Position numbers and translations under genes: made by a program. The notes beneath the pieces were generated by a model. That model was not told where the DNA came from and searched no databases. It saw only the letters and a list, made by a program, of their open reading frames with translations. Below, in pieces: positions 18,209-28,226 of a stretch of 64,000 bases of DNA (positions are counted from its first letter, which is position 1; every line of letters begins with the position of its first letter). Source of the stretch: Candidatus Zambryskiibacteriota bacterium (GTDB lineage: Bacteria > Patescibacteriota > Minisyncoccia > Phycocordibacterales > WO2-35-19); NCBI GenBank assembly GCA_048499675.1, contig JASNZL010000005.1, positions 7,386 to 71,385 of the forward strand. Direction: 5' to 3'.

Positions 18209-19806
18209 AAATCCATTTTTTCTACAGTACCGTTATAGATAAGGATTTTGGGTCCATCTATTTTGCTATAAATATTTAAACTATCCTCTATTGAGTCTGC
18301 AATAGGATCACCTTTTAAATTTAGTGATGTATTTAATAAAACATATGTACCAGTATTGTCTCCAAAAACTTTTATCAAATCGTAAAGAAATGAATTTGAT
18401 TCTTTGGTGACAGTTTGTACTCGGGCGCTACCATCGTGATGGATAGCTCCTGTTAGTAGTTTTCTTTGAGACTCAACAACATCAAACTTATAGAGCATAA
18501 ATGGCGATTTTTTTGGTCCACTAAAATAATTGTTTACTTTTTCTTCAATGGTTACAGGAGCAACAGGTCTGTAAGATTCTCTTTGTTTTATTTTTTCACT
18601 TAACTTTTTCTTTACTTCAATACTGTCTGGACGAGCAATGAGTGATCTGTTACCAAGTGCTCTTGGGCCGATTTCTGATTTGCCATTGTGTAGAATTACA
18701 ATTCCATTTCGATTTAAGATGTCTACGGCTTTTAATACAGTATCTTTATCGTATGTTATGTTTTCAGCTCCTACTCCTAGATACGGGAGTTTTACATCTG
18801 GGCGACGAGTAAGTTCTTGCATGATCAAAATACTTAGAGCACCCAGCGACTGTCCTGTATCGTCGCAACATGGGGCTATGAATTGTTTTATGTTGGGAAA
18901 CGCATTAAGAATCTCGGTGTTGGTATCAAGATTTAAACTGACCCCGCCTGCCATTACTAAGTTGTTAGGATTTATTCTTGCTTTATCTATTATTCTTGAA
19001 ATATCCTTAACTCTATGTTCAGAAAATAATTTTTGAACCGAAGCAGCAAAGTCCAATTTCTCCTTTTCAAAGACATTGTTACTAAGGCTAATCTCAGAAA
19101 ACTCTTTTCTAAGGATTTTGGTGCTATCAAAATAATGCAGGCGGTTGAGTTCTGAAATAATCTTTTCCAGTTTCCCCAAAATATGTTCATTGGGTTTTCC
19201 GTAACCTGCAAGTGCCATCATCTTTCCTTCGCAGTGCATTTTTTGATAAATAAAATATGAACAAGCTCCATAGAATTTTCCATTAATAAAATCTGTAAAA
19301 TCAACCTTAACTCTAGTTAAGTTGTTGTTATCTGCTTTGAATACCGCGGTACATTCAGAGTCGCCACCACCGTCACATGTAACAACTAAAGCGTTTGTAA
19401 AATTAGACAAATAGTATGTTGCCGCATGAGCTAAGTGATGATTTATAACCAATATTTTTCTTTTTGAATCTAAGATATTGAAATCCATCCAAAACGGTTC
19501 TTTTGGTGTACCGTCATTATCGAAAATATTAATTTGATCATCCCACAGCAGAGGATTTTGCAATGTTGTCATTGCCCAGCCCTCTACATCTGATACGTCT
19601 CTTTTTAAATATTTCAACCCATACTTTATCAGAAATTCCATCTCATCTTTGTTACATCTCTTTCTTTTTTCTTTAAAAATCCTTTCTGCCTCTAATACCA
19701 AGACAACGCTCTCATTTATCGAAAAGGCTACAGAGGAGTCGTGCACATTGTAGGAAAAAGCACAGTAAAGTCGTTCTTTTATCATAATATTGATATAATC
19801 ATACAA
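18205..19806 (-). CDS. Carbamoyltransferase, NodU/CmcH/TobZ family.
   Basis: N-terminal YNVHDSSVAF and NHHLAHAATYY (HHxAHAA signature); length about 530 aa. Confidence 0.65.
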   Translation of the reverse strand: MYDYINIMIKERLYCAFSYNVHDSSVAFSINESVVLVLEAERIFKEKRKRCNKDEMEFLIKYGLKYLKRDVSDVEGWAMTTLQNPLLWDDQINIFDNDGTPKEPFWMDFNILDSKRKILVINHHLAHAATYYLSNFTNALVVTCDGGGDSECTAVFKADNNNLTRVKVDFTDFINGKFYGACSYFIYQKMHCEGKMMALAGYGKPNEHILGKLEKIISELNRLHYFDSTKILRKEFSEISLSNNVFEKEKLDFAASVQKLFSEHRVKDISRIIDKARINPNNLVMAGGVSLNLDTNTEILNAFPNIKQFIAPCCDDTGQSLGALSILIMQELTRRPDVKLPYLGVGAENITYDKDTVLKAVDILNRNGIVILHNGKSEIGPRALGNRSLIARPDSIEVKKKLSEKIKQRESYRPVAPVTIEEKVNNYFSGPKKSPFMLYKFDVVESQRKLLTGAIHHDGSARVQTVTKESNSFLYDLIKVFGDNTGTYVLLNTSLNLKGDPIADSIEDSLNIYSKIDGPKILIYNGTVEKMDF

Positions 19807-19820
19807 TAATTTATTAATTT

Positions 19821-20576
19821 ATGGAGGAACTAGATTTAAAACAGTTTTTAGAAAAATACAGAGGTACATCCGTAGATTTTTACCGTTTTCCCGGTAATTA
19901 TGGCGATTCTCTTATTTGGCATGGTACAAAGGCGTTATTGAAAGTATTAAATATTCGTGAAAATTATGTAGAAATTTCTTCACCAAAAAGCAACGATGTG
20001 TTACTAGTAGATGGCGGTGGTAATTTTGTGGATTATTATTCAGACATAAAAGATTTTTTGGTTAAAAAACCAAATTTATATAAGGAAATTGTTATCCTGC
20101 CTCATACTATTTTTGGAGATGAACAAATTGATGTCTTAAACAGTTTGTCTGGCAGTGTTACAGTATTTTGTAGAGAAAAAGTTTCTTTTGAATTATTAAA
20201 GCAAAAATTCACTAATGGTAATGTTTATTTGTGGCATGATTGCGCTTTTTATAATGTGTTTCAAAAATCTACAAATGGACAGGGGGTGTTGAATGCCTTT
20301 CGTGAAGATAAAGAATCTGTAATGGAAAGCCCATCTGAATCTAATCATGATATTTCTTATAATGGTTACGCAACCAAGCCTTTGGATGAATTTGTGGAGT
20401 ATTTAAGTAAATACAGAGAGATTAATACTGATAGATTACACGTGGCAATTTGCGGGACCTTATTGGGTAAAAAAGTTAATCTCTTTCCTAATTCTTATTA
20501 CAAAAATAAGGCCGTGTTTGGTTATTCTCTTTCTAGATTTCCAAACATTTCATTCTTAGAAAGTGTTAATATTTAA
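19821..20576 (+). CDS. Hypothetical protein (weak polysaccharide pyruvyl transferase-like hints, GGGN).
   Basis: ORF within the glycan locus; weak motif only. Confidence 0.3.
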   Translation: MEELDLKQFLEKYRGTSVDFYRFPGNYGDSLIWHGTKALLKVLNIRENYVEISSPKSNDVLLVDGGGNFVDYYSDIKDFLVKKPNLYKEIVILPHTIFGDEQIDVLNSLSGSVTVFCREKVSFELLKQKFTNGNVYLWHDCAFYNVFQKSTNGQGVLNAFREDKESVMESPSESNHDISYNGYATKPLDEFVEYLSKYREINTDRLHVAICGTLLGKKVNLFPNSYYKNKAVFGYSLSRFPNISFLESVNI

Positions 20577-20578
20577 TT

Positions 20579-21154
20579 ATGAAAATTACCTTTTCAAAAA
20601 TTTCAGAGATATTTTTAGATTTTCTAGAAAACCCTAATAAGGAACTTAATTATGGGGATGAACTTCATCGACTTTTTTACTTAAGCATAAGAACGAATAA
20701 AATTTTATGGGATTTAGAAGATTCTGCAAGGTTATCAGAATTGGGTGATAAGCATGTAGCTGATGCAAAAAAGAATATAGATGTAACAAATCAATCTAGA
20801 AATAATTTGATTAGAGAAATCGATACAATTTTATATAAATCCTTGGACATTGTTCCAAGCTCAGTTGACAAATTTTACAGTGAAAGTCCTGGAATGATCA
20901 TTGATAGGTTGTCGATAATTTTTATTAAACTTTCAATAGTTCGAAAATTAATCTCACTTATAGAAGAAGAGGATTTAAGGTCTGAATATGTAGCCAAAGA
21001 AAGAGTGCTTAGTAATCAAATAGACAATATAGGTCAATTTCTTGATATGTACATTGAAAGGCTTGTAAACAAGGATGTGTTTTTTGAGATACAACAACCT
21101 GTAAAAATTTATAATGACGAAAGGGTTAGAAAATACTTTAAATCCATCAAATAG
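20579..21154 (+). CDS. Hypothetical protein.
   Basis: 191-aa ORF, 2-nt gap to the previous gene. Confidence 0.4.
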   Translation: MKITFSKISEIFLDFLENPNKELNYGDELHRLFYLSIRTNKILWDLEDSARLSELGDKHVADAKKNIDVTNQSRNNLIREIDTILYKSLDIVPSSVDKFYSESPGMIIDRLSIIFIKLSIVRKLISLIEEEDLRSEYVAKERVLSNQIDNIGQFLDMYIERLVNKDVFFEIQQPVKIYNDERVRKYFKSIK

Positions 21155-21287
21155 CTGTTTTTTAATAGAGAGGTCAGGGACTACTTTGTAAATGAGACAG
21201 AGACCGAGACGGGTGTTTTGTGTCTCATCTGTATCATTCACAAAATGACCCCTGAGACCGAGACACCTCATACAAGGAGTAGAAGGG

Positions 21288-22409
21288 ATGGTAAAATACC
21301 CTTACGGGGTCTTACTACGCAAGTTCACATCCGTGACAGTCAGCAAGAGTCAGCGCATTATCGGCGCGACCAGAGAGCATAAAGCCCCTTATGTTATGGA
21401 TGATCAAATTGATTTTGAAAAGTTAAAATATCCAGATCATGAATCAAAGGTATCTGCTCATTTTGGCTATACACACAACCTATTTCTACAAAATGATTTA
21501 AGGAACAAAAATCTGAAGATAGACAACAATCTATCTATAATAAATCAAGAAAAAGGATTTAATTATGTAACATTTCTCTCAAAATTTATTAAAGCAAATA
21601 GAGGGATAAACCATATATCTGGTACTTATTTTTTATACAAGTATACAGGTGAGAGAAAATACTACTTTGAAGCTCAAGATAGGATACGGATGTTTATTAC
21701 CGCTATCAGGATTTATAAAAATACTAGATGTGATTATAAGATTGATTTTTCAATTGAAAATTCTAAATCAAAAAAGTTTTATAAACCTTTTGATTTCTTT
21801 GATTTAACCTCTGACATGTTTGCTACAGATGGAAAATCACAGATCACCTCTAGAAAAGAGTTCAACAAAATCAAGAAAATATATGAAAGATTAAGGGAAT
21901 CGAAATTTGAAAAAAACATTTACTATTCAAAAATCTATAATGCAGTTAAATTTTTTAATCACTCTTATGATGAACATTGGACATTACTTAAAACCACTCT
22001 TGCAATTACAGCACCAGAAAGTCTATTCTCAGATTCAGATAAACAGGAGATAACCTATAAGATTGCAATTAGGTCAGCGTATTTCTTATATCCTAATAAT
22101 CCTGAGCAACGAAAAGAGGTTTTTGATTTAATCAAATATGCGTATGACATAAGGAGCCATTTCGTTCACGGATCTGATGCAGAAAAGAAAGTTGCCAAGA
22201 TCGAAAAGAAATTACATGAAAGAAAGGGCGGTGACTATTACAGTTTTCATCATCATTTTGTAAAAGATTTGAATACGGTGATTACGGGCTGTCTGTCAAA
22301 AGCTCTTCTAGATGACGATTACTTTATGTTTTTTAACTCAACTAAAATTTCTTCTGATGATGAAAGTGAGTTTTATAATAAAATTGTTCTATCAAACAAT
22401 GCTCATTAA
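21288..22409 (+). CDS. Abi_2-family (AbiD/AbiF-like) HEPN-type abortive-infection protein candidate.
   Basis: R-[NS]-x3-H-like motif IRSHFVHGSD in the C-terminal third. The first ~100 nt are GC-rich and the rest AT-rich. Converges on the recombinase gene. Confidence 0.35.
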   Translation: MVKYPYGVLLRKFTSVTVSKSQRIIGATREHKAPYVMDDQIDFEKLKYPDHESKVSAHFGYTHNLFLQNDLRNKNLKIDNNLSIINQEKGFNYVTFLSKFIKANRGINHISGTYFLYKYTGERKYYFEAQDRIRMFITAIRIYKNTRCDYKIDFSIENSKSKKFYKPFDFFDLTSDMFATDGKSQITSRKEFNKIKKIYERLRESKFEKNIYYSKIYNAVKFFNHSYDEHWTLLKTTLAITAPESLFSDSDKQEITYKIAIRSAYFLYPNNPEQRKEVFDLIKYAYDIRSHFVHGSDAEKKVAKIEKKLHERKGGDYYSFHHHFVKDLNTVITGCLSKALLDDDYFMFFNSTKISSDDESEFYNKIVLSNNAH

Positions 22410-23693
22410 TTTAATGTAATAGCCTTATTTTTGAGAATAATCTTGCTTTTTATTGATCCAAGAAATAGCCTCTTCTCTTCAATTGATCCTTGAGTCAGGA
22501 TATACACGACGTATTGTTTTTGATCAAAATCTACTTTGCTTAATTCTGGCTTAACTCCATAGAATTGCTGCTGGAATTTCTTGGCTCGCTCTCGCTCTTC
22601 GTTAAACCTCTTAAGGATAAAATTGTCGTCCAACTCCAGACCACTAATCTGTTCAATTAGTTGTTTGATAATTTCTTCTTCTCGTACATACCCACATTTG
22701 CAATCCCGATTTCTTGATCTTGAGCACCCATAGTATATGTATTTTGCTACTCCACCCTTTGACTAGTTTTTTAAACTTCTCATCAGCAGTAATACCAGAA
22801 CCACAAAGTCCACAAGACATCATTTTTGTAAAAGCGAATTCTTTGTTCTCCGATCGAATAATTGATCTGGTTGTTTGTTCCTGAACTTGATCAAACAATT
22901 CTTTGGTAATTAAAGGTGTGTGTTTACCTGTATACCAATTATTGCTTTTAACAGGATATTCAAATACGCCATAATAAAAAGGGTTCTGTAAAAGTTGAAA
23001 AATATTTCTAAGACTTAACCCCTTATTACCAGTTACACTTTTAAAATTGAGATCAAATTTAAGCCAATTGTATACTTTTCTTCCACTCCATTTTTCGTAA
23101 GCCACTTTCTCAAACATTTTCTTAATAATAGGTCCTCGTTCTGGATCGATAAGCGTCTCACATTTTCTATCCATTCGTTTTTCTTTGAAATATCCAGTTG
23201 GAGCAGGGGCGGGCCATAGTCCAAGTTCACATTTAGTCTTAAGTCCACGCTTCACATTTATACTCTTGTTGTCATTTTCGAGCTTTGCTTGAAAGCCTAG
23301 TATCATAAGAAGGAACTTCTCGTTGGGGTTATTAGTAAAGCTCTGACTGTATGTGCGTATCTCGACTAGCTTTTGTTGATCGAGTAGGTCTACCACTGCT
23401 CCTAAGTCACCGGCATTCCTAGCCAATCTATCTGGATGCCAAACTAATATTCCGTTAAATTTACCTTCTCGTATATCTAGTAATAGTTTGTTATATACAG
23501 GTCGCTGACCACAGTCTTTGGCAGAGTGAGACTCTCTATACATATCTACAATATTGAGATTGTCTCTTTGAGCGATTGTTAGCATCTCCTTGATCTGGCT
23601 GTCGATGCTCATCGCCTGGCGCTCATCCGACTCGGTACTCTTTCTTGCATAGAGGCAGTACCTCAGTTCCTCTCTTGATATGTTTGGTCCCAT
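22406..23693 (-). pseudogene. Large serine recombinase (phage-integrase type) with an apparent frameshift near 22755-22765.
   Basis: N-terminal catalytic motif LYARKSTESDE (Ser nucleophile) and a recombinase domain. The zinc ribbon CGLCGSGITADEKFKKLVKG continues in another frame as GVAKYIYYGCSRSRNRDCKCGYVREEE plus a coiled-coil tail (ORF 22406-22633). Confidence 0.65.
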
Positions 23694-24174
23694 ATATGTT
23701 GTGTGATTATTTTTGTTAATTAATTCCTCGACACAACACAAGGAATGACGCGACCCTTTTGGGGAGTCCAGACCCCGCTGTTGGTAACTTTTGCTTCGCA
23801 AGTCTCTATTACTAAGCTAGAACACAAGGGCCAGCAGGCAGTCTTGGGTCATCGGTTACTACGGTTATCGATGTACTCAAGATTCAAGTCCAATCCGGAT
23901 TTGGCACTGGCGGGAAACCTGTACGCAGGCAGAGGCTCCGATTTCCTGATCTCCACGGAGAGGCGGAGAAACAGAAGCCCTTCCCGCCAGAACCAAGTCC
24001 AGACCAAACGACTTCATATCACCCTAAATTACAGTTTGAGTGAGCACCAAAACATAACTCGTCTTTTGATTTGGTCCTTGTGTGAAGCAATAAATTGTGT
24101 TATGGTGGTGCCGATGAGAAATCCATGGCGGCTTTCTCAAAACAGTTCATTCACAATCAAAAAAGGAGTCAATC

Positions 24175-24897
24175 ATGTCCAGTAAAGGTCTCTTGATGCT
24201 CGAATTGGAGTCCCGACTCCTTTGCGAGTACGATGATGGGAATTTCTGCTCGCTGATATTCGGTCTCAGCCGTAACACAGTGCTTGAACTTCCTTCAGGA
24301 TATACCCATTTCGGCCTACTGGTCGAAGGTCGCGCGGCGGTCTCGCACAATGGAAGAATTCGTCATCTGTATGATGGTGACTTCTTCTCTGTTGTCGGAC
24401 CTGCCAAGGTCATCAGTAAGGGAATGGGAATTGTCACTTCAGCCAAAGGTTACCGAGGATTCAATGTCTTCGGTGGCCCATTGGAGGAAAAAGGCAAGCT
24501 CCGCTACATCAACGGTTGCACCGACACTTTGTTGGTACCTCCGGTGCGGAAAGGTGATCCTTGTCTGAATCACCTGCATTTCCCGCCACACTCTGTGCAG
24601 ACACCCCACACGCACCCTTCGGTACGCGTTAACATCGTCTACCGCGGATCGGGTGTATGCCTGGTGCCAGAAGACGAGAAAAAGCGGGTACCGCTCGTGA
24701 AAGGTTACGTCTTCATCATGAAGACGAATACTTTACACAGCTTCGACACTGAAGATGAAAGCATGGACGTCATCACTTTCCATCCCGATAGTGATGTCGG
24801 AATGACTGATGACGATCATCCCATGGTCAATCGCACGATTGTTGATGGGGTAAGTGCGAAATTCATCGACCACATCAGAACAGGAGGTGGAGAATGA
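24175..24897 (+). CDS. Cupin-domain protein.
   Basis: HLHFPPHSVQTPHTHP-type cupin motif; GC-rich gene with SD AAAGGAG. Confidence 0.4.
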   Translation: MSSKGLLMLELESRLLCEYDDGNFCSLIFGLSRNTVLELPSGYTHFGLLVEGRAAVSHNGRIRHLYDGDFFSVVGPAKVISKGMGIVTSAKGYRGFNVFGGPLEEKGKLRYINGCTDTLLVPPVRKGDPCLNHLHFPPHSVQTPHTHPSVRVNIVYRGSGVCLVPEDEKKRVPLVKGYVFIMKTNTLHSFDTEDESMDVITFHPDSDVGMTDDDHPMVNRTIVDGVSAKFIDHIRTGGGE

Positions 24898-25592
24898 AAA
24901 CACTGCACGTGAGCGCTGGTGGCCGCGGTGAACGTATCGCGGCCTACATCTCATCCATCCGACCGTTTCTCCCGAAGCACCTCTTGCCAATTCCTACGGA
25001 AGGCAGGACAATCTTGGGTGAGATAATCTTCAAAGCACATACGCATTTCGAGGAAATCACGGTCTGGTCAAGCAAGGAGACCTATCCTCGGATTGCGTTG
25101 GCGCTCGAATATCTGATGCCTGTCGGGGTGCGAGTGGATGCGAAAATGACTGGTCCGCTAGGGCCGATGGTACGGAGGTTGCTCGCAACGAGACAGCGCA
25201 CGTTCGGTTGTGCCGGCGACTTCTATTGCGATTTTTCTTGGAAGGAGTTCGAGAAATTCCATGAAGCTCATGGACTCCCGATCTCAATCCTCGTCGCAAA
25301 GAGTGTTCCGGCTCCCGGTGGCGCACGTTTTCATCTGAACGGTGGCGACATCACAGGGTGGGAACGAGTCGAAAAGACTACCAAGGACGATAGGATCAAC
25401 ATTGGCTGTTACATCATTGATCCCGTTCCCGAGGTCGTCGCCTGTCTTGAGGCAATGAAGAAACACAAAGAAGATCCATTCTTTGACATCTTCATACCCA
25501 AGAAGCTCGTTGCCGGATATGACCCAGGCTTATCCGGCTTCAACGTCAATGTTGCGGAAGTGTATGAACATCTCCTGCACGTCTTGGCGTAG
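24894..25592 (+). CDS. Nucleotidyltransferase-family protein (sugar-phosphate/MobA-like NTP transferase).
   Basis: N-terminal LHVSAGGRGERI, G-G-x-G-x-R-like; 4-nt overlap with the cupin gene. Confidence 0.4.
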   Translation: MKTLHVSAGGRGERIAAYISSIRPFLPKHLLPIPTEGRTILGEIIFKAHTHFEEITVWSSKETYPRIALALEYLMPVGVRVDAKMTGPLGPMVRRLLATRQRTFGCAGDFYCDFSWKEFEKFHEAHGLPISILVAKSVPAPGGARFHLNGGDITGWERVEKTTKDDRINIGCYIIDPVPEVVACLEAMKKHKEDPFFDIFIPKKLVAGYDPGLSGFNVNVAEVYEHLLHVLA

Positions 25593-25646
25593 GGAGGGCG
25601 TAGAAGCATGCGTCCTCCCTTTTCCTAACTCAAAACCAAAGGAGCA

Positions 25647-26102
25647 ATGATGAAAGTAATAACTGAGTGCACGATCAAACTCGCCAAGAGGCGAAAGATC
25701 CAAGACGTCATCAGGGCGAGTAAATACGATGAGGTTAATTTCCTCATCACGGAAGGAGCCAGTAAAAAAAGACTGTCTCTTAGTGACGAGGAAGTTGGCG
25801 AGCGGACGATCGTTGTCGTCAGCACTGATGACGAAAGTATCAGTTCAGGCGATGTGCTTTCCGAAGCACGGCGCATGGGATTGGTTCGTCCAAGCTATGG
25901 AGATGCCTTCCTTATCGGGGAGCAACATCCTGACGAGCAGATTGCAGGGCCGATCGTCTTTCTCCACGATCCGCAGTACATGTGGAGCGGACACTCCTTC
26001 AATCTTGTTCTCGACGTAAGTCGGAAGGGGCGGATCATCAGTTTCGTATCTTCCGGCGGTTGGTGGCATAGTGGTTTTCGCTTCGCTTTCAGAAAGAAGT
26101 GA
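25647..26102 (+). CDS. Hypothetical protein.
   Basis: SD AAAGGAG; followed by a strong terminator hairpin at 26139-26176. Confidence 0.45.
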   Translation: MMKVITECTIKLAKRRKIQDVIRASKYDEVNFLITEGASKKRLSLSDEEVGERTIVVVSTDDESISSGDVLSEARRMGLVRPSYGDAFLIGEQHPDEQIAGPIVFLHDPQYMWSGHSFNLVLDVSRKGRIISFVSSGGWWHSGFRFAFRKK

Positions 26103-26138
26103 CGCCAATACTGCGCCATCGCGTCAACCCTAGCAGGT

Positions 26139-26176
26139 AACGGTCAATCGTTACCTGCTTTCTTTTTTCATAAAAA
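26139..26176 (+). terminator. Rho-independent terminator.
   Basis: AGCAGGTAACG-gtcaat-CGTTACCTGCT followed by TTTCTTTTTTC. Confidence 0.6.
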
Positions 26177-26187
26177 TAATTTACAAT

Positions 26188-26760
26188 GTGATCACTATGG
26201 GAAAAACAAAAGTCATTTTTCTGCGCCACGCTGACACACAGAAAGACCCAAATCTCAATGCGGCTATGTGGGGACTTTCCGAAGAAGGAAAAAAACAGGC
26301 CGAAGACATTGCGAGTTTGCCAATCATGAATGAGGTAGACGTAATTTACGTCTCTGAAGAGAGGAAAACAGCCTTGACTGTTGAATCATTGGCAAAAAAA
26401 TTGGGAAAAGAGGCAGTTCCTCTCGCGTTTTTTGATGAGGTAAAAAGAGGGGATAAATTTCTAACGAAAGAAGAGTTTGAAGCGGAGAAAGCAAAACAAC
26501 TCAAAGACCTTGATTATCAGGCTTTTGGTGGTGAATCAGGCAAAGAAGCTCTCGCGCGGTTCAAACAGGGTGTCGAACAAATATTAAAGGAAAATCCGGG
26601 TAAAACAGTTCTCATTGTTACTCACGGCACTGTTCTGAATATTTACTTTGCCGATTTGTTGAATGCGTACGATAAGCTCCCAGAACGTTGGCAAAAGACC
26701 GCCTTCTGCGCGTATGGGGTGGTTGAAGATGGGAGTGTGGCGAAAGATATAATCTCTTAA
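26188..26760 (+). CDS. Histidine phosphatase (phosphoglycerate mutase-like) family protein.
   Basis: VIFLRHADT (RH motif) and LIVTHGTV. Confidence 0.6.
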   Translation: MITMGKTKVIFLRHADTQKDPNLNAAMWGLSEEGKKQAEDIASLPIMNEVDVIYVSEERKTALTVESLAKKLGKEAVPLAFFDEVKRGDKFLTKEEFEAEKAKQLKDLDYQAFGGESGKEALARFKQGVEQILKENPGKTVLIVTHGTVLNIYFADLLNAYDKLPERWQKTAFCAYGVVEDGSVAKDIIS

Positions 26761-26764
26761 CTTT

Positions 26765-28222
26765 TTAAAGTATTGTAATTTCTCCCCTCGTTGCGTCAAC
26801 CCTTACTTTTTGGCCATCTTTCAGAATTCTTGTTGCTTCTTTAACACCGATACAGCATGGTTTGTTAATTTCCCTGCATACAACTGAAGCATGGCTCAAG
26901 ATGCCACCTTCTTCAGTAATGACAGCAGCCGAACGATACATCGCTTCTATTAAATCAAAGTCTGTTCCAATAGCGATCATAATGTCACCTTGGAGAACCT
27001 TGTTACTATCTTCTTTTGTCAAAACAATTTTGCATTCTCCTTCACAGACTCCCCGTGACGCGCATTGTCCGCGAAGAATGTTCGGTGTTGCATCTTCCGA
27101 TTGTATTGGTAATACGTCTGCTGTATGTAATTTAAAATCTTCAAACCGTGTAAATGTTACCCCGTTTGTTTTTCTTGAAATAATTTCTTTTGTGTCCAAC
27201 TTCTTTGCATGACGTAATAAGTCGGTTATTTCTGCCAAAAGGTAGAAGTTGAGGTTATCTCTGGTTTCTAAATTTCTGCTCGCAATTCCATCAAGTATCT
27301 CAAACCGATACTTAACACTTTGGCCCAAAAGAGCTTTGTTAGTATCTCTAAAAAGCCCACCTTGTACCAACAGAGGTACAAGCACATTTAATTTTTTGTT
27401 GTTTATCTTGCGTAGTAAATTACTTGATTCCTTGGAAAGAAGCTTTGGAAGAATAGTATGTTTTTGAGGCTTAACTTCACCCGATAGAAACTTCTGAAAG
27501 TCAGACCAGAAAACTTCAAATTTAGCCGGATCTTCACCGTATGCTGAATAGAGATACTTGTACCTTTCATAATGACGCTGAACGTCCTTTTTGGCTTTTT
27601 GCTCGTTAAAAAACGATAGTTTTTTCAAGACTCTCCATTTTCTAGCGATTTTATAGAGTTTCGTTTTTTCATTTTGTGAGGCAGACGGCTTTTCCGTTTG
27701 AATCAAACGCACAAATAAATCCTCTACCTTTTCTTTGTCGGCCTCTATCTCGCTGATAACTCTTTTAACAGCGATATTTAAACCGTGCTCTACCTGAACG
27801 AAATTCAAAACATACAATTCACCCAAAACGATAGATTGGAAATGAATCAGTAATGATGCTAAGTCCTTGTTCGGTAATTCGGAAAACTTTGTTTGTTGAA
27901 GCTTTTTTATAAAAGCATGAAAATGTTCTCGTTTTCGTCGATAGAGTATTTCAGTGCTCTCTATTAAAATCGGATCAAGCGAATAATATTGGTCGCTAAG
28001 AATTTCTCCTAATCTGTCCCATTCATGAACCGGAGCGTAAGAATTCACAATTCCATCTTTCCAAATGGTGATTGTGTGTCTAAATCTGATTGAGTTTATT
28101 TTTGGTTCATGCCGGTTATAAAGATCATGAATAAATTCAACACCCAGTAAATGGGCAATACTCCGCATATTTATTCGTCTCCATTCGGTCGACTTATTTT
28201 TTACATCTATATTTTCAATCAT
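26765..28222 (-). CDS. PEP-utilising-enzyme mobile (phosphohistidine) domain protein; C-terminal half of a rifampin-phosphotransferase/PEP-synthase-like kinase.
   Basis: C-terminal GGILSHASVVCREINKPCCIGV (swivelling His domain). Lies 4 nt downstream of the ATP-grasp gene. Confidence 0.6.
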   Translation of the reverse strand: MIENIDVKNKSTEWRRINMRSIAHLLGVEFIHDLYNRHEPKINSIRFRHTITIWKDGIVNSYAPVHEWDRLGEILSDQYYSLDPILIESTEILYRRKREHFHAFIKKLQQTKFSELPNKDLASLLIHFQSIVLGELYVLNFVQVEHGLNIAVKRVISEIEADKEKVEDLFVRLIQTEKPSASQNEKTKLYKIARKWRVLKKLSFFNEQKAKKDVQRHYERYKYLYSAYGEDPAKFEVFWSDFQKFLSGEVKPQKHTILPKLLSKESSNLLRKINNKKLNVLVPLLVQGGLFRDTNKALLGQSVKYRFEILDGIASRNLETRDNLNFYLLAEITDLLRHAKKLDTKEIISRKTNGVTFTRFEDFKLHTADVLPIQSEDATPNILRGQCASRGVCEGECKIVLTKEDSNKVLQGDIMIAIGTDFDLIEAMYRSAAVITEEGGILSHASVVCREINKPCCIGVKEATRILKDGQKVRVDATRGEITIL

Positions 28223-28226
28223 AATG

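Noticed and set aside
23745-24185. 146-aa plus-strand ORF between the recombinase and the cupin gene.
   Set aside because: No SD and an overlap with the recombinase start region. The sequence here looks non-coding and structured; see the finding on the inverted repeat.
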